Shown here: positions 22,555-34,507 of the stretch, piece by piece
Numbering within the stretch: the first letter of the stretch is position 1
Layout of the letters: every line of letters begins with the position of its first letter
Source: Macrostomum lignano
Taxonomy: Eukaryota
Direction: 5' to 3'
DNA length: 64,000 bases
Assembly (NCBI GenBank): GCA_002269645.1
Contig: NIVC01001763.1
Location: 62,001-126,000 of the forward strand
Notes under the pieces: generated by a model
What the model saw: only the letters and a program-made list of their open reading frames with translations
The model's database searches: none
Told to the model about the DNA's origin: nothing
Program-made: the position numbers and the translations under genes

Positions 22555-24700
22555 AGGGTGTCCAGTGAGCCTATTCTTAGCATGTGCAAAAAATGTTAAA
22601 AAGTGGTCTTTTTTAGATGGCTATAACTTTTTAAATATTTCAGATATGACAACATTCTTATATTTATTGAAAAGTAGACAAACAGATCTTTCAAATGATA
22701 TATAGTTTGCATGTTCACTACATACAATTACAAGATACAGATTGTCAAACATTGCATACATCTTCAAAACTGTGCCAATTTTGCTTGAAAATATGGGATA
22801 GGGAGAATTCATTTTTTAGTAAATAAGTGCATAACTACTAAGAATGCTTGCATATTGGTTGTAGGTAACTTCCTGCAGGTCATTTTAAATAAAAAAAATT
22901 TTGTTCAAAAATATTTTTTATGTACATATAAAATTTAAAATGGACATAACTTTTAAATGGAAAGAGTGGCCACCCTAATTCTTCTTGCTACTTACTTCTA
23001 GTGAAAAAATGAAACTTTTAAGCAAGACAGGATGAGTGTAACTCCTGTCGCAGTATGCCTAACAGAAATTCCCAAAATGCATGCAAATCCCTATGAGACA
23101 AAAAATTGTTTAAGAAATTCTTAAAGAAATTTTTTAAGCTCAAAAGAATGGCCAGTTAGTTTCTTCAATAAAATGATAGCAAAACAGGCCAAGCTCTTAG
23201 CCTGATTGCAGCGCATGGGCATTTTGGCGGACAGCGTCCGGCGTGGATCTAATGTGGCGCGGCGCGGCGCGTACGGCGAGCAGCGATTAGTACGGCGCGG
23301 CGCGGTACTAATTAGATGCCGAGGCATTTAGGCTTGATAAGACAGTCATAGTTACTCCTGCCGTTTACCCAAACTGCGTTAATTTTGCTTTAGGGTTTCT
23401 TTCACAGGTAAGTCATTTCACAGTGTGGCGCAGGTTGTGTAGGCGTCTGGCGTACTTAAGCCATGCGCTGCAATAGGGGCTCTTAGCTCTTTGTCCTAAA
23501 GGCACATCCTGATAACTTTTGCCACACCAAAGTTATTAAGCATAGGGCCTATTTGGCACAGCTGTACATGCAAATACACTATGGAGATAGGAAAAATTTA
23601 CATTGAGGGGCTGTATGCTCCACAAATCAGTCACACATCCAATTTTTTTCCAAAAGAGGAAAGCTCTTTCAATAGACACAATTTTAGCGTATTGAACTCT
23701 AATTGCACTCTAACTAGCTTATTGAGTTAGTAGAAAGTTAAGCATCAGCACAACAATTCTTAGACAACTTTTTTATCAAGAGTTAAAGAGTTGTTTGGAA
23801 CAACTTTTTAGTGACTTTTATCACATTATCATTTTTAACAGGTTAAGATTTACATGAGCTACATAGATTTATAGACACTATTGACACCTAGAATGGTACT
23901 TTGGAAGACTTGTTTTCATGGAAATAATGGTCAAATCATTTGCATACTACTTACAGTAAGAAGTCAAGAATCTTACTAATTATTGTATACATGTATTACT
24001 TTGATATGAAAGTAATAAAAATAAGGTAACTGGAAAATATACTATGACACTATGACAAAGCCAAAGAATGATACTCCTGCAATTTTTTCTTCACCTCTTT
24101 TGTCTTAATCCCCAGATATCTAGAGATATAGAATAGTATATATATACAAAAAAGATCATAAAAAATTGTGGTAACAAAAATCTATAAAATAACACCTCAA
24201 ACACTAAAATCTTCATAAAATAAAAAAGTTACAGACATTTTACTGTTACAGACATGCTTTTTGCCCAAAAATGGCAAAGTTTTTAGTGTATTTGAGATAG
24301 GGAAAAAACACAAAACTTTTGAAACAAAAAAACTTCATAACTTTTTTATGCAATATTACTTGATCAATTTTCAAATTTTCTGTTGTGTATGCAGCTTGTA
24401 TGCTGGTTAGGGTTCTTGCATTCTGATTGGCTGGGGGTTTTGTCTGTCTGCCCAGACTGGCCTAGGCCAGGTAGGGAGTTTAATGTTTGCTAAATTATGC
24501 TAGTTAGTAGTTAACTATAATATAAGTGTGCACTGGCCTTTCAAAAGCCTTTGTGACTTTTTCTACCTTGCAATCGCTTCTCACATCTTATTCATTTGGC
24601 CACGCTGCTTCAAAGTACAACAATTTCACTTATAACACTTAGAGCTACAGTATGACAATTAAAATGTGATTTCAAAAAAAAATTTCTCACTGGACCCCCT
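22555..24700. mobile_element. Non-autonomous or decayed DNA transposon, 2146 bp, 15-bp TIRs, 9-bp TSD
   Basis: Left end AGGGTGTCCAGTGAG; right end CTCACTGGACCCCCT (reverse complement AGGGGGTCCAGTGAG, 1 mismatch). Flanked by AATTTAACT at 22546-22554 and 24701-24709. Confidence 0.75.
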
Positions 24701-24922
24701 AATTTAACTATTATAGGGGCCTATTGTATGTACATATATATTAGCAGTAGCAATAGCTAAGCAGTGTTCTTTTGTCATTGCAACATTGACTGTTTTTTTC
24801 TATTTCATTTTATACTTGCATTTGATGATTGCACTGCTTGCATTTCTAGTCAAATATAAAGCAACAGACTTAAGGTAGGTATAAAATATTTTGAAGATAT
24901 CTTTATAGACTATAGTCTAGAT

Positions 24923-25310
24923 CAGGGGTCCCCAACCTGTGGCCCGCGAGCCCTTTTTTGTGGCCTGCAGCATCTTCCAGTAGTTTGCATTACATGCAAC
25001 CCACCAAGTCTATCACTGGATTTCATTGCAGCCCCCAAAAATGTTAAAATTTTCCTAGCTGTATTGAAAATATTCCCAGAAATTTCTTACCCTCTCCACT
25101 GCTAGAAGCAAAGCTTCAATTCATTTGGATTGCTATTTTAGCCACTCCTACTGCACAAATGACATGTACACGCAGTCAAGAGTTGAAGTGAAAAGTAGGA
25201 AGGAATGCTAGCTTTGCTTGGCTTTGCGTATTTTATATTAGCATGTGGCCCATACACCCTAAGCCAGTTGTCAATATGGCCTGCCACCCATAGAAGGTTA
25301 AGGACCCCTG
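24923..25310. mobile_element. hAT (Buster/Charlie-like) MITE, 388 bp
   Basis: TIRs CAGGGGTCCCCAACCT and reverse complement CAGGGGTCCTTAACCT. Perfect 8-bp TSD GTCTAGAT (24915-24922 and 25311-25318) with a central TA. Confidence 0.9.
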
Positions 25311-28300
25311 GTCTAGATCATACTAGGTGCATGCCTAAAAAGAAAATGAATAGTTAAAAATGCATGCCAAAAAAATTAAGTGCATATCCATACCCTTAAA
25401 TCTAGGCTAGTGTTTTGACAATAAATTACCTTTTTACATTGAATAAAGGACCTTTTGGCTAATAATTTGGTTACTTATTTATGACTTGTCTATACTATTT
25501 ATAGCAGAAAATTGATATGTATAAACATTTGTTTAAATGCCTTTTAACAAAATAAAACACTAGGAAGCTTGAAATTTATGCTCAAAAATCAGCTTTTCAA
25601 TCTTTTTTCCACTTAACACTAACTCTGTATGATTTTATTAAGTGCATGCTAGGTATACATGCACACTATTTTCTTAGGGGTAATGCATGCCAACTTGTGC
25701 ATGCCTAACTTTTTGCGTGCAAAGCAAGGTCAATGCATGCCTGAAATTTAAGGCAATAGGCATATACTAAATGATCCCAAGTGTGCCATTGCATATAGAA
25801 ATGAATCATATTATTATACTATGACCGACCTTTCTCTACTTAATTATCCAGATCTCTTGAAGCAGATATTCAAATCTCTTGCAGTTGGTGTCATTTTAAA
25901 GAAGAGACTTGCCACTTTCAAATGACACCAGACTCATGCAAGTGCAACTTTCCATACGTCCACACTGAGTAATAGTAACACTACTTTCTAACTTTCCGGA
26001 CGCCCCTCGTATTTATTGTTGCTTTACTTTCAGAAGTTGTAGCTTTTCAAGCGACCAGCAGGCAAGCAAGCAACCATGAATGCTACGTACAACGTACAAT
26101 TATCATAAGTTTCATTAATTTAATACGCTGCATGCATGCATGCATGCGGTTACATCATATAATTCATGAACATTTATAACAAAGCATCAACATCAAGTAC
26201 GTTACTGCAGATAATGTTTTTTATTTTTTTATTTGACTAAAATTCAGTATGTCTTGTACGTATAAACTTGACCGCTTTAAGACAAATTGATTTTTGGAAA
26301 CTTATACCTGACCTGACCACTTTTGAGGGCTCCGCCTCCGCGCAATGAACAGGACTGCGTCTTACGAACTCACGCCGCGCGTCTCCGTACCTCTGCCCCT
26401 CGATCATTGTGCTTAATAAATGTATTAAATATAATTTGTCCCTTGCTCTTAAATAATTTTGTTTGATTATTAATTTCATGTAAGTTATAGCTGTATCAAA
26501 TTATTGTTTTATTAATGATGATCATTTGAACATTTCGTTACGATGAAATCGACCTAAAAATCGGGGTGCGCCGAAAGTAGTTCATTGGATTTATACATAA
26601 GCCCGCTTTTAATTGAGTAAAAGACATGTCACCGTGGCATATGACATAGCATTTACCCGATCTTATGCATTCGTTTTTGTACCTTTAGTCCGGGTTTTGA
26701 TCGATGCCACTCGGGTGAAAATCGATAGAGACATCTAAATCTATGTACAATTTTTGCGGCTCGCGTACAAACGTATTGGCGAGGCCAAGTAAAAAATAAG
26801 TAATTGATGAATTTGTGAGTTTGTCTATTTATTTAAAGAGAGACTGTGACAGCGCTGAAAGATGTGCTGCCCAATCAAAACTTTAAGGTTAAAAGTTGTA
26901 CCTCAACGACGGGGCCAATGCACCAATCAGAGAACGGCAAGTCGCCTCAACATGTGTAAACAATTTTCTAGCAGGTGAAATCCCGGTCATGCGGCTTTTT
27001 GGATGCGCGCTTCTTTTGCGAGGGCGACTGGTGATAGCAATGTTTGTGTAAAATCGTGCATCGCAAATACATGTATTATAATATTCAAAATTAACTAGCT
27101 CATATCGAAATCAGCTACCATAAGCAACATATGTTTTACACAATGCTAATCCATAGTCACCTTTCTATAGTGTCATTTTCATCCTCGCAAAACTTTTAAC
27201 TCTGTGTGTCAGTGTGTTAGCTCAAAAGTTAGTATGCATTCTGCAAATATTTAACCACTTATTGTTAACTTGCCACAATATTTGAAACTTTTAAACCAAG
27301 CCATTGACTCACTTGACTAACTGCATGGGGCTCCAGTATCCGGATGAAGCGGGGAGGGATCGGCACCAATTCCACTAACCCCTGCAGCGACAACGATCAG
27401 TAGTTATAGTGCTGCGGTGTCGCACAGGGAGATCCGCGGTGGTGCCAGAGTCTACGGAGCAGTCCATAGGCGCCTTGCAGCGGTTGAGAATTGTGTGATG
27501 AATTTGAGCACTGTACTCGAGAGGCGGTGGTTCGCTCAATGACGTGGATCACCGATTGATTCTCTGATGAGTGGACGATATGATCTTCTTCTCCCAGACT
27601 CGCGGAATGGAGTTGAGGAGCAGATCGAACTTCGTTCTGTGGAAGACGGTGCTGGGATCGAGAAGGACCAAGCAATTATATGTTGATTTCTGTAACTAAA
27701 ATTTCGAAAATAAATTTTTTCAATTTTGTTTTCTAAAAAAATTTTTTTTACCATTTTTATTCTAAAAGATGTTGAGTCAAGTAAATGAAATCTCTTTGAG
27801 TTAGATCGAAACAAAACTATTTAAATTCTCATGCTCTGGATGCGCGGGACCAAACAATACCCCCTCAACCTTGTTAGGATGGCAGCACAGCTAAGTGCTC
27901 GTTAACTATTCCCATATTTCATTTTTGCAATAAAGAACAGTGCCACTCTCTCGTCGATGCGTAAACTCTCTATTTGACTGTCTGTAAGCTTCCAACCTGC
28001 ATGGCTTCTCATTTCAATACTATAGTAAAGCAGGTGATTTCTCAGGTGACTGCATCTTCCACTTGTTTTCCTTGGTAACGTAATAAACACAAGGCACGAC
28101 AGCGATTGGCATCGAAAAAGCGTATGAATGCATGCATGCAGTCAAATGCGCTGCAGAGAGCTTTTCTCATTTCATCCTTTTTAAGGATAAGGAAACCCCT
28201 TGCAATGCAGTCCCACAGTCGGGGCGCCGTTCGTTCAGAAATTCATACACAATGCCCTATTGTTTTAACTAAAGAATGGCCTGTACACGTACAGGCTGTT

Positions 28301-28397
28301 GAGCATTCTGAATTTTCATCCCCAACCCTGCAGCATAGGTTTAGAAAACTGCTTCAGCTTTCAGTCTGACTAATTGAATTTTGGCTTGCTGACTAAA

Positions 28398-28440
28398 GAG
28401 TATATAAATATAACTGATCGGGAGGAATTGCTTTTCAGCG
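28398..28440 (+). promoter_or_regulatory. Candidate TATA core promoter of the 132-aa gene
   Basis: TATATAAA at ~28401-28408, about 30 bp upstream of a TCAG initiator-like site and about 100 bp before the ATG at 28501. Confidence 0.4.
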
Positions 28441-28500
28441 ATCGCGATCCCGCCTACGTAACAAGCGGAGCCTATATCCGTAACACTCGCTCTCCTTACC

Positions 28501-29494
28501 ATGCCTCTGAGAAAGAAGCTGTCAAGATCACAGGTGGCGTCCCGGCCAGTCAGGGTGTACACTGATGGAGAGATTCAGCGGCGCATTGCCGAGCTGCCGT
28601 TCAGCGTGCAGGTGTGCAAAATTTTAAATTAATTAAGGCTGCTACAGCCTAGCTGCCGGCTTATCTTTGTATTCAAAACCTGCTGAGTCAAATCTACCCA
28701 GTTTGAACCCAAATCTGCCCAATCTGAACCCAAAACTACTCAGTTTGAATCCAAAACTACCCAGTTTGAACCCAAATCTACCCAGTTTTAACCCAAATGT
28801 ACGAGTAACCAATCTGAACCCAAATGTAACCAATCTGAACCCAAATGTAACCAATCTGAACCCAAATGTAACCAATCTGAACCCAAATGTAACCAATCTG
28901 AACCCAAATCTACCCAAGCTGAACCCAAATCTACCCAGTTTGAACCCAAATCTGATTCACCTCACAAATCTACCCTAGTCCAACTGTATAGTCGCTAGTA
29001 CGTGCAAAACTACCCTAAACAAAGCGCAAAACTACCCTGAACAAAGCGCAAATCTACCTCTAAACAAAGCGCAAATCTACCTCTAAACAAAGCGCAAAAC
29101 TACCCTAAACAAAGCGCAAATCTGCCCCTAAACAAAGCGCAAAACTACCCTAAACAAAGCGCAAAACTACCCTAAACAAAGCGCAAACTACCCCCAACCC
29201 GAGCAGCTGGTGATGATGAGCGCCATGGAGAGCCTGATCCAGAGTGAGATTCGCGCATCGCTCAGCTCCCTGACGGCAGCCAGGCAGGATGTCCGCTCGC
29301 TTCAATCGCACCTGGACAGCCTGGTAGTTGACGGCTTTCAAGAGGCCGAGACCGCGCGTGAAGCCGCTAAGGGGGCCATCCGGTTGGAGGACTTTGCCGA
29401 CAGAAGCCAATCGACGCTGCCGAAGAACCCGGCTGGGCCGAGCAGCCAGCTGTCAATCCAGGACGAGGTTATCAACAAGACCAGCGTGGTCTGA
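28501..29494 (+). CDS. Putative small helical/coiled-coil protein of unknown function, 132 aa, 2 exons
   Basis: ATG at 28501 with an in-frame upstream stop; exon 28501-28611 (CAG|GT), exon 29207-29494 (cAG|CTG), phase 0. TATATAAA at ~28401 and AATAAA at 29555-29560. The intron is filled with minisatellites as in the neighbouring genes. Confidence 0.6.
28690..29195. repeat. Two adjacent 21-bp intronic minisatellites
   Basis: aatctacccagtttgaaccca and aaccaatctgaacccaaatgt (28690-28970), then aaactaccctaaacaaagcgc (29005-29195). Confidence 0.9.
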
Positions 29495-30190
29495 TGCGAT
29501 TAATAATCTCTATTTCGGGATCGATATAAACTAAAAATTTGCCTCAAAATATTTAATAAACTCGGAAAAATTTCATGTCCCTATGTATCGAATTTAATAT
29601 TTTTTTGAGAAGCCTCTATACTATTAGAAAAATCCCAGTGACCTGCAGAATATCGTAAAAAACCTAATATTCAACTTACAGGATATTTCCCTGCATCATT
29701 GCCGCTAGAAATATTCCCTCATGAACTAAATCATTGTGTGCAACATTTTTAACTACTATAAAGTCCTAATTTTAGTCTCATTTCGCACCAGTTTAAGAAA
29801 AATTTGTTTTATTGCCAGCTAAAATAAATACGCTTGTATACTATTAAATATCCAGAATCATAGTGATTTGGGTGTTGCCAATTTTGTTATATTCATTATG
29901 ACAAGCTATCAAAACCAATGTCTACTTTATTAGGTCAAAGTAAAAAAGGTTTTAAAACTTGACTCAATTTGTTTAAGTTTTTGCTAATATGTTTTTGGCT
30001 TATATTTGTTTTAAATTATTTAAATATTTCAGGTATTTGTTTATATTATTTATTAATTATTTATATTATGTTAATTTAGTATGATTTTTCTATATTTGAT
30101 TTGTTATGATAAGTTGCACTACACAAATTTCGTCTGGATTTATTTGTTTACGATATAGCGAATCGATCTAATAACTACATCTGAAAAGTT

Positions 30191-30222
<32 letters not shown>

Positions 30223-30817
30223 CATATAATCCATTTTAAAGGAATTTATCCAGTCGATTTTTTTCAAACTTGCACCATTCGATCAGAAATTCTTGCGAAT
30301 CGGTACAGTTCTCTTTGGCTAAGAGATTTCTTCATTTTAAAGGTGTTAAATATTCAAAAAACAGTATTTTCCCTATCTAATTAGTGTATTTTTCTTGCAG
30401 TGAGAGCTCAATACGTCTACGGCCATAGACTAAACTTCAACTTCTTGAGCTGATGCTCCGAGCTATAAATAATTAAATATGAGTATTCGAAAACATGCTT
30501 TTTTGCATAAGGGAGAGATATCAGCCAGTGCACTTTAAAAGCATTGAAGTATTGCGCCACTATATAGAATATGCAAGGGAGAGAGAAATGCTTAGTGGCT
30601 GCGTGCTGTTGAGGGGACGCTTGCTGTGTGGGGGATGCAATTGCTGTCTAGATCTGGGGGATTGTAAGTATCAGATTAAACCATAGACATAAAGACTTGA
30701 CGGGATTTTATTGAATATTACCAAATAAAATCCCGGGGAACGCAAATATTGTCACGGAAAGTCTTTATTTCTATGGATTATGTATAATTTTACCCAGACG
30801 CAATAACAAAATATTTT

Positions 30818-32110
30818 GGCCATTATTCCACAGTTTTGATGTGTACCATAGACATTTGGATTGAAAAAATCCATCGCTCAGTATTTTTGTTATTAAATAC
30901 AGAACAACAAGAAGTAAATGAACAAAAAGGAAAAATCATTAAAACTAAAGTACCAGCTACACGAAAAGAGTTAATAATAAATGTCACAGCTAGTGCAGTT
31001 TATCAGTTTGTAGTCGAAATTTGACAATGTAAAAATCAATTTGTCACCTAAAGTGAAACATGCAGTTCTCAAAGCTGCAGTTTCCAAAGATGCTCGACAC
31101 TTTAGCCTGATGATTTGGCACAATGGCACTGCAAAAGGAGTTGGTCTATGTTGAATGTTTTCTATGAAAGAGAAATACAGGTGCTCAAGTATAGTTGCCG
31201 AACTTACAATTTAAAAGATGCACGTCTTGGTTAAGTTGGCATGCGACTGATGAGCTTCGTCTGATGAGCTTCTTTGGTACCGCAGTATCCAAGTTGGGAT
31301 TCTTTGGGACTGTCGGCTGCTCGACTGAATCGATTGTCCGCTTTAAGGCATCGCTTATAGCCGTCGAGGCGTTGAAGACTGCATGGTCGCGTTTTCTTCC
31401 TAGGTAGCGCCGCACGGTTCGTTCAGTCGTCGACAGGAAGATTTTTCCAATTAATAAGCGCGGCTGTTTGACGAGATGCACCAGCCATTAGTTGTTTGAC
31501 AAGATAAATAGCTTTTTTCTCGCTCTACTCGCTTTCCTGATTTCTTGTAAGACGCAAGCAAAATCAGCACTCATCAGTGTTGTCTATGGTCAAACTAAGC
31601 CACGCAACTCAGTTGTCTTTGGGTAAAACAACTCTTAAAACAGCCAATTGAAGCATGATAAAAAGTGTGGAATAATGACAGCGACAAAAGTGTGGAATAA
31701 TGGCCGCAAGAGTGTGGAATAATGACTGAGCGCTGAGTGAAAGTATAAATACAATGCACTTGTATCGTATGCAACTTCGTTGAATAATGGCCATAGACAC
31801 TCGTGCGCTACGCGCACTCGAGTTTTGGCCATTATTCAACTCAGTTGCATACTATACATTGTCGGCTGATTTTCCATGCAAGAATGGCATTCTTGCACTC
31901 TTTTGCGTGCAGGAATGGATGTCTATGGTAAAATCTCACTGAAAAAGCATTAGGCGCAGAAATGCATTCCTGCACGGTTTTGTGCATTCCTGCACGATGA
32001 ATCATCCGACAATGGAATTCCTTCACGTTCACTCGTGCGTGAAGGACATCGTGCACTCGTGCGCTAGCGCGCACTCGTGCAGATGTCATTCCCGCACTCG
32101 TGACCGTGCA
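30818..32110. mobile_element. Palindrome-rich decayed DNA-element region (class uncertain)
   Basis: 20-bp inverted repeats at 30818-30837 and 31686-31705; 33-bp-arm hairpin at 31761-31858; repeated GTGTGGAATAATG and CATTCCTGCAC motifs. Confidence 0.5.
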
Positions 32111-34138
32111 GGAATATATCAATCTACCATTGCTTGCTGTCCATGGGATGCTTGCTGTCTGGGGGATCGCTAGCTACATTACATCATTATTAAAATTATT
32201 ACATTGTTTCTTTGCTCCCCAACGGGGGGCTTATATTGCTAGTATTTGTCTAAATTGAATCCTCACAGGCTAAAAAGAATTTCAGTTTGTCTAATTTGAA
32301 TTTGAATTTGAATATCGTCTTGTCTAAAAAGAACTGTTGTTTTGATGAAATTGAACGAGAAAAGCGAACTCATGTTTGCTGCGCGTGTAGCCTGCAACAT
32401 ATCGAATTGATCAATTGAAGTCTCCGGTTTCGAGGGATCAATCTTTGCTGAGTACAAGTTTGAAAACTGCACATTTCAATTTTCAAAGTGAGCTTCTCCT
32501 CCGCTTCAAGAATTTGAACCCGTATTGAAATAAAAAAATCGAAGTCATTCCCATGATTATTTTTACCGTTTCTCTGCAGAGAAAATATACGTTCATAGTT
32601 GTGTGTGACCAATTCCAAGAATTAAAAAAACGCGTTATTTTTACTGCGTAATTGCTTAAATTGATGCAATGCGGATATCATTGTAGCAATGCAGCTGTGT
32701 CGCCTTTAAGAACGGAATGAAAATGTAATGGAATGATCTGTATGGCGATCAACCCACCACTTATAGAATAAAACGGCGGCCAAGACTCCAAAAATCGAAA
32801 TGAAGTCCAAAATCCAAAAATCAAAAATCGAATTCTCTGCAGCTTTTAGCTATGCAAGCCATCGTATTTATAAGCAAACCGGTTCTCATCTCTGCCCCGA
32901 ATTTTCCACTGCAATAGTAGTTCATTCCTTTGTGTTGGCTGAGAATTTTCTGGCTTCTGTAATTTTGCTGCATTCATTTTGAAAGGGCTTGAATAGCTAA
33001 TGCTAAATGAATGCAAAACTCAGTTCGTCGCTTGCTGGGTTATTGTGCGACATTTCCACCTAAAATGCAGAGTAAAATGCATACGGTACAATTGGACACG
33101 TACATTAACTGATTTTAAATGATAGAAGGATAGGGCAGTGTTAGCCCAGCGGGGGTATGTATAGGTCTTGCTAGGGGAGAGATAAGGAAGGGGTTGTACA
33201 GGTAATTTGCGGAGGGTTGCACAGGCGCCAACCCTATAATTGGCAAGCGTGTTAATGGCTAGCCTTCACTGAACACTTAGAAAGGAAGGAAATGGGGCTT
33301 TGGTTATGCAATTCCTATGCCCTTGCTTTCAGAGAGGGGGGGGGGTAAATAAGGAATCATCTATGAGAGCACTTCAATTTGTAAATATGTTTGAATTTGT
33401 TTGTATTCTTGAATCTTGTACATTTGGCTCTAAGTGCGAGCTCCTAATTTAAATTAATTTGATTAGCATTAAACTGGGAGAGATATGTTTTTAAATTTGA
33501 GTCCCCTTACAATGGAATATTGAATACAATGTTTACGAGCCTGCCTTTGTGGTTAATTAAGTTTAAAACTTGTGTGTCTAGACTTGATATTGCGGGTAAA
33601 TCTTTATGGCGAATGGAGCAGGGAAGCGTTAGCTATCTAGTAATTACCGAGGCTCCGTTTATGACTCGAGGTTAAAATGGCCACCGCCAGCGTATGATAA
33701 TTTAATGAAAATAGTGAGTATAGCTATCAGTGTTGTGACTATGAGAAGAAATGTAACGGTATTGGACTCCTAAAAAGTTTTAAAATATTGTAAAAATAAT
33801 GTTGTAGATCCTTGAATGCAGTAACGATACCGCACTAGTAATATTAAGAAATCTTTATAAGGTGTGGAGCTGTGCGGGTATATAAGGGATGGAACAGAGT
33901 TGAGCAAATATATATATATAACCTACTACCTGATAAAATTCAGATTTGCAAAGCCTACAAAAGCACCTATAGTTATTCGGAAGTTTTGTGCTGCTATCAA
34001 CATAAGTTCAGTAAAAAGGCAAAAGAATTAACTAAAAATGGCGACCGAATGGCACTATGAAGTGTGCTTAGACTGTAAAAAGTGCAAGCAAGGAGGCCTT
34101 GACTCTAATCGCCATGCAAACTGGCAGAATTTAACAAA

Positions 34139-34470
34139 ATGGACTGTCTGTTGGCAGTGTTCGGAAGTCCTTCTTTTCTCGGAAAAAAGGAGACCAAGCA
34201 ACGCTCCAACCTGCTGAGCCAGGTAATTAATGGCGTCATTCGCCCGGCAAGTGCAGACAGAGGTGACAGCACCAACTCAGATGATGACTTTGAACTAATC
34301 CCAGGAGAAGGAATGCACTGCCAGGAGGAAGCGGAAAAGCAGTTGAAGGTATTGCATTTCCTATCCGTCAGGCGCCGTCAATTAGAGGGAAGGAAATGCT
34401 TCAACCTGAAAGCCCTATAATTTTTGAAGAAGAAGGCGACGACATCGAGCCTGGTGGAATCTCAGTTTGC

Positions 34471-34507
<37 letters not shown>

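Noticed and set aside
34045-34224. 59-aa ORF with two CxxC motifs (MATEWHYEVCLDC...CWQC)
   Set aside because: Too short, overlaps the alternative gene model, and has no recognisable zinc-finger spacing.
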